Assembly: GCA_965205975.1 (NCBI GenBank)
Contig: OZ242195.1
Location: forward strand, 2,336,001-2,400,000
Reading direction: 5' to 3'
DNA: 64,000 bases
Origin: Candidatus Latescibacterota bacterium
Lineage (GTDB): Bacteria; Latescibacterota; UBA2968
Below are positions 30,260 to 39,532 of this stretch, one piece after another (positions within the stretch are counted from its first letter, which is position 1; every line of letters starts with the position of its first letter). Position numbers and translations under genes: made by a program. Under the pieces are notes generated by a model. The model ran no database searches. It had not been told where the DNA came from and worked only from the letters and a program-made list of their open reading frames with translations.

Positions 30260-30753
30260 TGTGCAGACAATTCTAAAACGGGAATAGGAGCAGATTCCCA
30301 ATCGTCAATCCAACAAATAATGCTATCACAGGCCATATAATCGAGATTTTCGCGCTCGAAATCACTGCTGCGCAACACAGCGTGCGCTCGAACCGGCAAT
30401 TCATTACTCGACAGAATATAATTGGGAAACGCCTCCTGGGATTTGAGCACCTCAAACCCCAACTTGTCGTAAACCCGAATAAACAACTCGCGGACATTGG
30501 TCGCATTTCGCACAGCCGGATATGTCAAAAGTGGTTCTCGACTGACAGGCGCTAATTGTTTTTCAATAACATCAAGCGTACTCTGGGGAACCGTAATAGA
30601 TTTCGCATTTTTGCGCTCCAATTCAGCTTCGACCCGCTTGAGAGCCAACTCCGCAACCTCTTTGGAATCGCTAATCGACTTCCGCACGCGCTTGCCCTCT
30701 TCATCGTAATACCCGATCCACCACTTCTTTCCCCGCTGATAAAGCCACGCCAT
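30241..30753 (-). CDS. Integrase arm-binding-like domain fused to a degenerate PD-(D/E)XK-like domain
   Basis: N-term LYQRGKKWWIGYYDEEGKRVRKS...KEVAELAL; C-term LGFEV...FPN...SSDF...CDSIICWIDDW...PVLELS; GGGAG RBS. Confidence 0.7.
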   Translation of the reverse strand: MAWLYQRGKKWWIGYYDEEGKRVRKSISDSKEVAELALKRVEAELERKNAKSITVPQSTLDVIEKQLAPVSREPLLTYPAVRNATNVRELFIRVYDKLGFEVLKSQEAFPNYILSSNELPVRAHAVLRSSDFERENLDYMACDSIICWIDDWESAPIPVLELSAHYDFWG

Positions 30754-30790
30754 AGTTGTGCTCCCACCGCAAAACGTCAGTGTGTCTTAT

Positions 30791-30933
30791 ATTAGCCACA
30801 AAAAAAGAGAAAAACAATTTACTTCTGATATTATACAATATATTGTATATCGCTCTCAAAACAAAGCACAATATATAAAACAAAATGTGGCTAATAGCCA
30901 CAAAATGTCCATCAAATAATAATCTAAGCCACA
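30791..30933. promoter_or_regulatory. AT-rich control region with TAGCCACA repeats, an 18-bp palindrome and a minus-strand sigma70-like promoter
   Basis: TAGCCACA at 30793(+), 30886(-), 30895(+), AAGCCACA at 30926(+); TATACAATATATTGTATA at 30832-30849; TTGAGA-N18-TATAAT on minus (30859-30830). Confidence 0.7.
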
Positions 30934-30951
30934 CTTTTATGCAACTCTAAT

Positions 30952-31896
30952 TTACCGAATTTTTTCCCAAACAGTCGCCGCGGCGTGGACATCTTGAATC
31001 GCCAGACCGCTCGAATACGCAATACATCCCTGTCCGCGCAAGTGTTCCAAAAGTCCCAGTGCCGCATGCCCGATATTCAGCACCTCATCCTCGCCTTTCA
31101 CCCAGCGGGGCGTCTCATCTCTCTGGTACAACGCGAGAAACTCGCCCGAATTCAGCACCTGCTCACCGTGATCGGGCACCACAAATCGCCGCATCAACAA
31201 TCCCGGATCCAATTGCGTAGAACGCCCATCGCCCCCAATCACCGAAATATGCACATGGCTTTCCACATCGAATAGAATAGGCTCAGGCGTCGGCACAGAA
31301 GTAAAAATAGCATCTGCCCCATCAATACAAGTCTCAATATCCGCAACCACCTCCAGATCACAGGAAATATCTCCTCCAACATCTGCTTGATATGCCGCGC
31401 GCCTCTCGGCTGTCCTGCTCGTTACGCGTATGGTCTCTGGCACCAGAGCCACATCAATACATCTGCCCATTGCCTGTGCAATGCGTCCCGTCCCCAGAAT
31501 CGCCGCCGTGCGTACAGGCGTCTTCGCCAAATATTTAGCACCCAACGCACCCGCCGCGCCCGTACGCATATTGGTAATATACTCGGCATCAAACGAAATA
31601 CGGTCGCCCCTCCGCACATCTTCCAACTCGATCACAGCGGTTCTCGAACCCAACCGCCCCACCTTGACATCCGAACGCTCTTCGATAACCTTTTGTCCCG
31701 TAAATCTCCCCTTCCACCAGCCCGGCATCACCAGACGAAAAAGGTCCATTTCTCCCTCGCGCGAAACCTCCTCTTTGCGCAGCGGATTGACCATTTTTCC
31801 AAGACCATAAAGCCGAAACGCCTCATCGCAACTCTCGACAAAATCCCGCGTTGTCATCACCGAAGCGATTTGCTCATCTGAAATATACTGTCTCAT
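30952..31896 (-). CDS. Ornithine cyclodeaminase / mu-crystallin family protein
   Basis: ITNMRTGAAG, AAILGTG, SSGLAIQD motifs. Confidence 0.88.
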   Translation of the reverse strand: MRQYISDEQIASVMTTRDFVESCDEAFRLYGLGKMVNPLRKEEVSREGEMDLFRLVMPGWWKGRFTGQKVIEERSDVKVGRLGSRTAVIELEDVRRGDRISFDAEYITNMRTGAAGALGAKYLAKTPVRTAAILGTGRIAQAMGRCIDVALVPETIRVTSRTAERRAAYQADVGGDISCDLEVVADIETCIDGADAIFTSVPTPEPILFDVESHVHISVIGGDGRSTQLDPGLLMRRFVVPDHGEQVLNSGEFLALYQRDETPRWVKGEDEVLNIGHAALGLLEHLRGQGCIAYSSGLAIQDVHAAATVWEKIR

Positions 31897-31934
31897 GTAT
31901 TACCTCACGTAAGAATGGGCGAACCTCACCCAAC

Positions 31935-31961
31935 GGGCGGGCACGGGGGCACCGCCCCTAC
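31935..31961 (-). repeat. GTAG-type REP-like palindrome
   Basis: Minus strand reads GTAGGGGCGGTGCCCCCGTGCCCGCCC: GTAG followed by an imperfect GC hairpin. Confidence 0.7.
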
Positions 31962-32086
31962 ATTGATTGAATTACCATACTGACGTTGTGCTACGCGTGC
32001 GCCTGATCATTGACATTTGTTTTTGGGCGATCTATTTTAGGACTATAGGGATACAATATAATCAACTGAACCGGACGAGGTGACGA

Positions 32087-32848
32087 GTGAGATTACTTGC
32101 ACTCAAAACAGCCTCTCTAATCTTACTGCTCGGGGAGATTTTCATGGCACAATCAACTCATGCCGATCGCCCAATGTACACCATTTATCGCGCAGGCACG
32201 CCAATTGTAATTGACGGACGCCTAAATGAACCCGCATGGGTCGCAGCCCCAGACGTGGGAGCCTTTGTATTTCCGTGGTACGAATCGGGCAAAAAAGAAC
32301 AAACCATAGCCAAAATACTATGGGACGACAATAATTTATACGTCTCATACATCTGTGAAGATGCACATATTTGGGCAGAACACACCACGCGCGACTCCGA
32401 CGTATGGAAAGACGACACCGTCGAAGTATTCACAGCGCCCAATCCCAATCGGCCCCAGGCTTATTTTAATATTGAAATGAACGTACTCGGCATCTTTCTC
32501 GACCAGTTTCATCCACAAGGTCCCGACGCGCCCGTACCCGGCGAGTGGAACGGCGAAGGTATTCAAATAAAAACACAAATCGTCGGCACATTAAACGACG
32601 ATAGCGACGAAGACGAATACTGGATATTGGAAGCAGCCATACCCTTTGCAAATTTTGCACATGTCGCCGTGCATACCCCCCCAAAAACCGGTGACATCTG
32701 GCACCTAAATCTAAATCGTCTGGGCGGAAAAACCAATGAGCAATTCAGCCAGTGGTCGGGCAGCCGCACGCCGGAACCGCAATTTCATTCACCAGATGAT
32801 TTTGGGCGGGTAGTATTCTCAGATAAGACGAGTCCATTCTGGAGATAA
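32087..32848 (+). CDS. Carbohydrate-binding family 9-like (CBM9/DOMON-like) protein
   Basis: IDGRLNEPAW, KILWDDNNLY, DTVEVF, EAAIPF, WHLNLNR, FHSPDDFG; signal-like N-terminus. Confidence 0.85.
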   Translation: MRLLALKTASLILLLGEIFMAQSTHADRPMYTIYRAGTPIVIDGRLNEPAWVAAPDVGAFVFPWYESGKKEQTIAKILWDDNNLYVSYICEDAHIWAEHTTRDSDVWKDDTVEVFTAPNPNRPQAYFNIEMNVLGIFLDQFHPQGPDAPVPGEWNGEGIQIKTQIVGTLNDDSDEDEYWILEAAIPFANFAHVAVHTPPKTGDIWHLNLNRLGGKTNEQFSQWSGSRTPEPQFHSPDDFGRVVFSDKTSPFWR

Positions 32849-32866
32849 TCTCAAAAGGAGAAAAAC

Positions 32867-33943
32867 ATGTCACAGACATTGCCATTGCTCGAAGTCAGTG
32901 GTTCGCCAACAGAGCGAGGTCAGGCGCATGGTGAGACATTTAAGGAACTGATCCGGGACCTTGTCACCGTCAATTTTGAGGATATGGTCCAGGGAACACA
33001 GGGCTATCTGACAAAAGAGCGCGTGTATGAAATTGTATCCACTTACGCGGGACCCAACCGCGACTATGCACCCCACCTCTTTGAAGAGATGGAAGGGATC
33101 GCCGAGGCAGCGGATGTACCCGTAGAAGACCTGCTCGCATTAAACGGCTTTTTGGAATTACACGATTATTATTCCGATGCATTTATGGTATCGGGTTGCA
33201 CATCGTTCATGGTTCCGGGAGACACATCGGGCGAAGGCGCGTTAATCGCGCAAAATTACGACCTCTCGTCAATCTATGCAGCGGCAGCAATCTTGATCAA
33301 GGTCAAAAACGAACACGCACCCGACGCGCTCTTTTACACATCTGCCGGGATGCTGGGCTGCGCAGGCGTGAACGATGCGGGCATTGGCGTGGTCATCAAC
33401 AACCTCGTGCCATCAGATGCGAGCGGCGGCGTACTGTATCCCTTCATCATTCGGCGTATCCTGGAATCCGTGCGAATTGGAGACGCCATAGATGCAGTGA
33501 TAGCAAAACCGAGAGCATCGGGTATGAATTACGTAATATGCGATGAAAATGGCGAAATATACGACCTCGAAACCACGGCGAAAGAATACGAAGTCATCTG
33601 CCCCTTTGATGGCCCCATGGCCCATTCAAATCACTACCTGACGGATCGGCTCAAGCCCTTTGAGCGCCGTCAATGGGATCAGCGCGGCCAGAGCATCTTG
33701 CGCTGGGGTCGCGCCACCAGATTGTTAAAGTCCTGCGACAAACGCAATGCAGACGCCCTGAAAAATATGCTATCAGATCGCGTAAATACCCCCGTGGGAA
33801 TATGCCGCCACAACGAAATTCACAATGGCGAAGCCTGCGGTCAAACCATTGCTGGCATCGTACTCGATCCCCCGGGACGAAAAGCGTGGTTCACCAGAGG
33901 ACCGACCGGTGAAAACGAGTGGGGTGAATATCGTCTAAACTAA
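32867..33943 (+). CDS. C45 family Ntn-hydrolase (acyl-CoA:6-APA acyltransferase-like)
   Basis: G/CTS autoprocessing site, AQNYD, GVNDAG, HSNHY. Confidence 0.88.
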   Translation: MSQTLPLLEVSGSPTERGQAHGETFKELIRDLVTVNFEDMVQGTQGYLTKERVYEIVSTYAGPNRDYAPHLFEEMEGIAEAADVPVEDLLALNGFLELHDYYSDAFMVSGCTSFMVPGDTSGEGALIAQNYDLSSIYAAAAILIKVKNEHAPDALFYTSAGMLGCAGVNDAGIGVVINNLVPSDASGGVLYPFIIRRILESVRIGDAIDAVIAKPRASGMNYVICDENGEIYDLETTAKEYEVICPFDGPMAHSNHYLTDRLKPFERRQWDQRGQSILRWGRATRLLKSCDKRNADALKNMLSDRVNTPVGICRHNEIHNGEACGQTIAGIVLDPPGRKAWFTRGPTGENEWGEYRLN

Positions 33944-33961
33944 AAAATCCGCATTCCCGTT

Positions 33962-34003
33962 GAGACCGTTGCGAGAGGTGATCCTTCTGCAACGGTCTTT
34001 TTT
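33962..34003 (+). terminator. Intrinsic terminator
   Basis: AGACCGTTGC...GCAACGGTCT stem followed by T-run. Confidence 0.75.
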
Positions 34004-34004
34004 C

Positions 34005-34033
34005 TTGAATAATATACAAATGTGCAGTATATT
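34005..34033 (+). promoter_or_regulatory. Sigma70-like promoter with an embedded inverted repeat
   Basis: TTGAAT-N17-TATATT; AATATAC-N9-GTATATT fills the spacer and -10. Confidence 0.6.
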
Positions 34034-34068
34034 TTTTAGAATATTGAAGCGAACGGGAGGCGGAAGAC

Positions 34069-34842
34069 ATGCCATCATTGCACATTGACGAGACCAATGT
34101 ACGGACAGTACTCGTGCCCCAAAATCCACCCGGTGAACCCATAACGGAATACACGCTCAACCCCTATTCTGGCTGTGGCATGGGATGTGCCTATTGCTAT
34201 GTGATGAAATTTCCATTCGCCTACGAATATCCCAAAGCATGGGGTGAGTGGGTACAGCCAAAAATGAACGCGCCTTTTTTGTTAGGCAAGGCGCGTGCCA
34301 AAATTTATGGGCGCAAAATTTTCATGGGATCAGCGACCGATCCCTATCAATACATCGAGCGAAAATATCGATTGAGCCGACGCTGTTTAAAAGTGCTGGT
34401 GGATTGCAATTTGAAGGCTCTAACCGTTCATACGCGCAGCCATCTGATTTTGGACGACCTGGATTTGTTGACACAATTTAGCAGTCGATTGCGAGTGGGA
34501 TTTTCCGTGCCGACAAATGATGATCGGGTTCGCAAACGCACAGAGCCGAAAGCGCCAAAAATCGGCGTGCGTCTCAAAGCGATGAAGCAATTGCGTGAAG
34601 CCGGCATTCACGTCACCGCATCGCTCGCGCCAGTACTGTATTGTCAACCGCGCCAATTTGCCGAACAAATAGCCGAAGCAGCCGACGGGGTATATTTTGG
34701 CAAGATGGATTATACGGACAGGACTGGAATAGCGTCCATGCCAAGAGCGCGACGCTATTTTAACAGTCTGACATATCGAGAATTGATTGCAGAACTCAAA
34801 GCGGAATTAATCAATGTGGGAATGTTGAAAAACGAAAAATGA
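34069..34842 (+). CDS. Radical SAM protein, spore-photoproduct-lyase-like (Rv2578c-type)
   Basis: LNPYSGCGMGCAYCY (CxxxCxxC), SATDPYQ, TRS motifs. Confidence 0.88.
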   Translation: MPSLHIDETNVRTVLVPQNPPGEPITEYTLNPYSGCGMGCAYCYVMKFPFAYEYPKAWGEWVQPKMNAPFLLGKARAKIYGRKIFMGSATDPYQYIERKYRLSRRCLKVLVDCNLKALTVHTRSHLILDDLDLLTQFSSRLRVGFSVPTNDDRVRKRTEPKAPKIGVRLKAMKQLREAGIHVTASLAPVLYCQPRQFAEQIAEAADGVYFGKMDYTDRTGIASMPRARRYFNSLTYRELIAELKAELINVGMLKNEK

Positions 34843-34849
34843 TTTACCC

Positions 34850-36259
34850 TCATCCCCCATCACTCGCCGCCGTAATAAATCGCCTCTCTCTTTGACTTTT
34901 GAGCACCTGTTGTTCAATCCCTTCTGGATCGCCCCAAATTTCCAATAGCCGCTCGCGCATGACATCGCGTATTTCTCGGTGTTGTGCCGACTCTGACAGG
35001 TCGTTAAACTCGCCGGGATCTTCTGCAATATTGAACAACTCAAGCGGATCTCCTGGGCTCATATTGAGTTTGTAATCGCCCTTTCTGAGCATACCCACGG
35101 GCCGAATAACACCGTGTGCGAGGTATTCACAAAAGGCTTCGTCCTTCCAGGCTACAGCCTCACCATTGATCAGTGGCAAGAGGCTATCGCCGTCAAGAGG
35201 CGCAATATCCATCGAAGCACCAGTGGCATCAATGATGGTAGCGACGAGATCCACGAGTGAAACATTTTGCGCGACGCGCAATCCACCTGAAATATGCCCG
35301 GGCCAAACAATCTGAAGAGGCACTCGGGAGGATGCCTCATACATATTTGATTTGCGCCACATACCGTGTTCGCCATTCATTTCCCCGTGATCTGAGGTAT
35401 GCACGATAATCGTATTCTCAAGCTGGCCGGTTTCTTCGAGCGCATCGATGAGCCGGCCTATTTTTTCGTCCAAATACGTAATAAGCCCGTAATAACCCGA
35501 GCGCCCCCTCCGCACGAGTTCTTCAGGAAAGTCGGTCATACCAAACATCAGGCGCAGGCGTTTGTAAACCGGGTGCATATTTTCCAGATGGCCTTCGGGG
35601 ATATCGGGCATATCAATCTGATCGCGCGGATACATGTCCCAGAACCGCCGCGGAACCACAAGCGGAAAATGGGGTGCGATAAACCCCACATTGATACACC
35701 AGGGCTGTTCTTTGCGAGCGGGATCTTTGATATACGCGAGAGCAGCCTCTTCAACCTGATCATCAACCTGTATCTCTGTCGTTGTACCCGGTCCTGCCTG
35801 TGCAATACCCCCCCACGGCTTTTTTGCCTCAACAACCCCCGCATCCCAATTGCCCTCGCCGCGCGGGACACCGTTTTTTGTCCACGATTCCGCATGCAAA
35901 TCGCGCGCGAGTTGTGTGCGAAAACCGTGCAATTGATCGAGACCACAAAAGTGCTGCTTGCCCGAAATCACAACATCGTAACCGACATTTCGCAAGCGAT
36001 GCGCCCACGTAACCGTATCCGACGCCATGGGAAAACCATTGTCATAAGTACCGATGCGATTGATATAACGCCCCGTCATAAACGACATCCGCGACGGACC
36101 GCAAATCGGCGAATTACAATAGGCATTATCAAACGTAACCCCCATCTCAGCCAAACGCTCCATATTCGGCGATTGAACCAGTGAATGCCCGTGAATACTG
36201 CTGTATTGAGGGGCGTGCTCATCAGACATAATAATCAGAATATTGGGCTTATCAGACAT
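34850..36259 (-). CDS. Cys-type sulfatase (choline-sulfatase-like)
   Basis: NILIIMSDEH, CGPSR, GKQHF, SDHGEM. Confidence 0.93.
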   Translation of the reverse strand: MSDKPNILIIMSDEHAPQYSSIHGHSLVQSPNMERLAEMGVTFDNAYCNSPICGPSRMSFMTGRYINRIGTYDNGFPMASDTVTWAHRLRNVGYDVVISGKQHFCGLDQLHGFRTQLARDLHAESWTKNGVPRGEGNWDAGVVEAKKPWGGIAQAGPGTTTEIQVDDQVEEAALAYIKDPARKEQPWCINVGFIAPHFPLVVPRRFWDMYPRDQIDMPDIPEGHLENMHPVYKRLRLMFGMTDFPEELVRRGRSGYYGLITYLDEKIGRLIDALEETGQLENTIIVHTSDHGEMNGEHGMWRKSNMYEASSRVPLQIVWPGHISGGLRVAQNVSLVDLVATIIDATGASMDIAPLDGDSLLPLINGEAVAWKDEAFCEYLAHGVIRPVGMLRKGDYKLNMSPGDPLELFNIAEDPGEFNDLSESAQHREIRDVMRERLLEIWGDPEGIEQQVLKSQRERRFITAASDGG

Positions 36260-36274
36260 AGAAACTCCTGTTCT

Positions 36275-37312
36275 TCACGCCGAAATCACATCCACAGGTT
36301 CACCGGCTTGATCGGCGAGTGCGGTATCAAAGATGTTTTCAAGTGTACACTGCGGTTCATATCCTATCAGTGTGCGCGCCTTGCTATTATCAGACCAATA
36401 GATCCACTGCATGGGAACCTCAACCTCAAAAAGAGGAACACCCGTTATCTTAGCGAGATACTCTGCTACCTCTGGAAAAGCGAGCGGGCGGTAAATCGGC
36501 GCATTGAACGCCTCACCCACTGCAGCGGGATGATCGAGCGCGCAAATACACGCCCGCGCAGTATCGCGTGCATCAGAAGGCGACCACATCCACGGACGGC
36601 CCTCGTGATCGGTAACAGCACAGGGCTGATCGGGACGCTCGGCGCGGTCGAGCATATCCCGTGCAATAGCCGCGCCATCGGGATGGTAAATACCACTTTC
36701 CGGATTATTCGCGGCATCGCGGATGCGCCCTGCCACAAACTGAACATTCCAACGCCCGAGCACTTCACTACCTGCAAACATGCCAGACGGGCGAATAATG
36801 GACAACTGAAGATCGTGTCCATTCATATACCCTTCGGCCATCGCTTCGTTGATATATTTCAGCGTGCCATAAAGTCCACGCGGACGCTTGGGATGGATTT
36901 CATTCACCGGCTGATAACAAGGCGGAATATGCTGATTGCCCATGGGATAAACCGCGTCGGTGCTGACATGGACAAACCGGTAGAGACGATCTGCCAACGG
37001 TGCTGCCGCTTCAAAAAGATTGAACGTACCCGTAACATTAATCTCGTAAAACGTCTGATTATCCATATCGCGCGGTGGACCCAGAATATTTGCCGTATGA
37101 ACAACCGCATCTACCCCATCCACAATACTGCGACACAACGCCGCATCTCTGAGGTCGCCTTCGATCTTTTCAATATCAAAAGGATCGAGCTTGAATTTCT
37201 TGGGATCATCGGGAAGAATCAGCGCGCGAACATCATCTCCACGCTCAACCAACTGCTTGACCACATTCGCACCCAAACGCCCCGTTGCACCCGTAACGAG
37301 GATTTTGCTCAT
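36275..37312 (-). CDS. NAD-dependent epimerase/dehydratase (extended SDR)
   Basis: ILVTGATGRLG, YGTLK (YxxxK). Confidence 0.9.
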   Translation of the reverse strand: MSKILVTGATGRLGANVVKQLVERGDDVRALILPDDPKKFKLDPFDIEKIEGDLRDAALCRSIVDGVDAVVHTANILGPPRDMDNQTFYEINVTGTFNLFEAAAPLADRLYRFVHVSTDAVYPMGNQHIPPCYQPVNEIHPKRPRGLYGTLKYINEAMAEGYMNGHDLQLSIIRPSGMFAGSEVLGRWNVQFVAGRIRDAANNPESGIYHPDGAAIARDMLDRAERPDQPCAVTDHEGRPWMWSPSDARDTARACICALDHPAAVGEAFNAPIYRPLAFPEVAEYLAKITGVPLFEVEVPMQWIYWSDNSKARTLIGYEPQCTLENIFDTALADQAGEPVDVISA

Positions 37313-37369
37313 AGTTGCCTCTGATGAATTTTCTATCTGTGTTCACCTTTTTTTGCGTTCATCTGCGGA

Positions 37370-38227
37370 TCACACCTCACACTTCTCCCCCGACTCCTGC
37401 GACTTCTCGAGCGCCTCGAGCACAGCAACGGGCGTGAGAATTGAACCATCTGTTTCATCTGTCTTCCCCGTACTGAACATATGGCAAAAATCGAGAACTC
37501 CCGTAAGATACGTATTCGCATCGTACGAGATCACATGATCAGTGCGCCCCTTTTCCCCAATCACAGAAACGTGGAAACCCACACGACCTTCGCCAATGAG
37601 ATTCATCGTTGAAATCGCGCCACTTGCAGAATAAAGCGTCGCCGTGTGATTTTGTTGCCCGCGATTGAGTTGTACATGCGTAATATCCCAATCGAGCAAG
37701 CGCACGACCATATCGACCTGATGAATCCCATAAAAAAAGACACCGCCATATTCAGAATCAATATCGCAAGGCCCCGTCGAAACAACTGAAATAATGCGCC
37801 CGAGTTCTCGAACATCCTCTTGCAACTGCGCGAAAGACGCCTGCTTGGGCAAAACCGAAAAAGAACACACAGGCACATCGAGCTCACGCGCTCGAGCCAG
37901 AAACTCTTTGCCTTCATCGAGACGATAACAAAACGGCTTATCGACAAAAAGTGGAATTTTGGCCTCCAGCAACGGACGCACGGCAGGCAGGTGATATTTC
38001 GGGTGGCGATGATCCACAATAGCCGCGTCAACCTCTCCGATCAGATCTTCGGGATCTTGCACAATATTGGGAATCAGCCCCCGCTCCTGTGCATCTTTCG
38101 CATCATCCGGCGTCTCTCCCCAAACATGTGTAACACTAAAACCGGACACCAGTCTATCAATATTAATCGTCTTTGCAATCGCCACAGTATGGCTATTCTC
38201 CGCCCCAATAATACCAATATTAGGCAT
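37370..38227 (-). CDS. Gfo/Idh/MocA family oxidoreductase
   Basis: IGIIGAENSH, FVDKP, YGIH. Confidence 0.88.
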   Translation of the reverse strand: MPNIGIIGAENSHTVAIAKTINIDRLVSGFSVTHVWGETPDDAKDAQERGLIPNIVQDPEDLIGEVDAAIVDHRHPKYHLPAVRPLLEAKIPLFVDKPFCYRLDEGKEFLARARELDVPVCSFSVLPKQASFAQLQEDVRELGRIISVVSTGPCDIDSEYGGVFFYGIHQVDMVVRLLDWDITHVQLNRGQQNHTATLYSASGAISTMNLIGEGRVGFHVSVIGEKGRTDHVISYDANTYLTGVLDFCHMFSTGKTDETDGSILTPVAVLEALEKSQESGEKCEV

Positions 38228-38270
38228 AGTATCGCTCCTTTCGGTTGTCAGTTATCAGCCTGTTTTTTTC

Positions 38271-39512
38271 TCAACTCCACAGCCTGTCATTCACCTGTTC
38301 ATCATTCCACGCATCTGTCGGTTCAAAATAGCCCGGCAAATTGGGATTGATGTGCTCTTTAATCTCTTCCTCATTCAAATCAACGCCGAGTCCGGGCGCG
38401 TCAGGCACCTGAATATAACCATTTTGAACAATGGGATTGGGCGAGCCAGTAACGAGTGTATTCCACGGTGGATAATCAACGGCGTGGCATTCCAGAACCA
38501 GAAAATTATTTGTCGCAGCCGCGCAATGCACACTCGCCATCGTCGCAACCGGCGTCGCCGCCATGTGCAGAGCCATCGCAATACCGTGTTCCTCCGCGTA
38601 ATCCCCAATCCGCTTAGTTTCGAGAATCCCCCCCGACGTAGCGAGATCCGGGTGAATAATCGAAACGGCTTTGTTATCAATCAGCGGCTTAAAATGTTCC
38701 AAAAGATAAATATCTTCACCCGTACAAACCGGAGTCGCCGTTGCGTTCTTGAGGCGCACCCATTGATCGGTCAGTTGCCACGGAATCATATCTTCCAACC
38801 ATGCGAGATTAAACCGCTCGAGTGCGCGCGCAAGGCGAATACACGACTCCACATTGATATGCCCAAAGTGATCCGCAGCCAGAGGAATCTCATACCCCAC
38901 AATATCGCGCACGACTTCCACATACTGAACGAGAACATCGATCCCCTTATCGGTAAACTGAATACCCGTAAAAGGATGCATAACCTGCGTAGTTTCCAGC
39001 ATGCCCGCGGGGGAAGACACCGTACCCGGAATATCTTTGAGCAAACGCACACCAATATCCATCTTCAAAAAAGTAAAACCACTTTCCATACGCGCCTTTA
39101 AGCGATTGCCCATCTCTTCGGGATCCGGCGTTGTGGGCGTATCGCAATAAATTCGGATCTGATCGCGAAATTTCCCACCTGCGAGCTGATAACAGGGCAC
39201 GCCATAAGCCTTACCCGCCAGATCCATCAAAGCCATCTCCACGCCACACACGCCGCCACTCTGTCGCGCATGCCACCCGAACTGTTTGATCTTGCGAAAC
39301 AGCTTATCCACATTGCAGGGATTTTCACCCAAAAGCTGGCGCTTCAGTTGCAAAGCGTAAATATGACTGGCCCCATCGCGCACCTCTCCCAAACCGTAGA
39401 TACCCTGATTGGTATCCAGGCGAATGAGCGTAGAGCGCATAGGCGCGCCGGAAATATTGACAACGCGCATATCGGTAATTCTGAGATCTGATGGGGATGA
39501 ATGAGTATTCAT
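38271..39512 (-). CDS. Mandelate racemase/muconate lactonizing enzyme family dehydratase
   Basis: ALMDLAGK, KMD, DH, WLED, TGED motifs; AGGAG RBS. Confidence 0.9.
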   Translation of the reverse strand: MNTHSSPSDLRITDMRVVNISGAPMRSTLIRLDTNQGIYGLGEVRDGASHIYALQLKRQLLGENPCNVDKLFRKIKQFGWHARQSGGVCGVEMALMDLAGKAYGVPCYQLAGGKFRDQIRIYCDTPTTPDPEEMGNRLKARMESGFTFLKMDIGVRLLKDIPGTVSSPAGMLETTQVMHPFTGIQFTDKGIDVLVQYVEVVRDIVGYEIPLAADHFGHINVESCIRLARALERFNLAWLEDMIPWQLTDQWVRLKNATATPVCTGEDIYLLEHFKPLIDNKAVSIIHPDLATSGGILETKRIGDYAEEHGIAMALHMAATPVATMASVHCAAATNNFLVLECHAVDYPPWNTLVTGSPNPIVQNGYIQVPDAPGLGVDLNEEEIKEHINPNLPGYFEPTDAWNDEQVNDRLWS

Positions 39513-39532
39513 AAAATTCTCCTGTGTCTTCA

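Noticed and set aside
30241..30753. Functional integrase or prophage boundary
   Set aside because: There is no catalytic tyrosine-recombinase domain, no adjacent tRNA and no phage genes.
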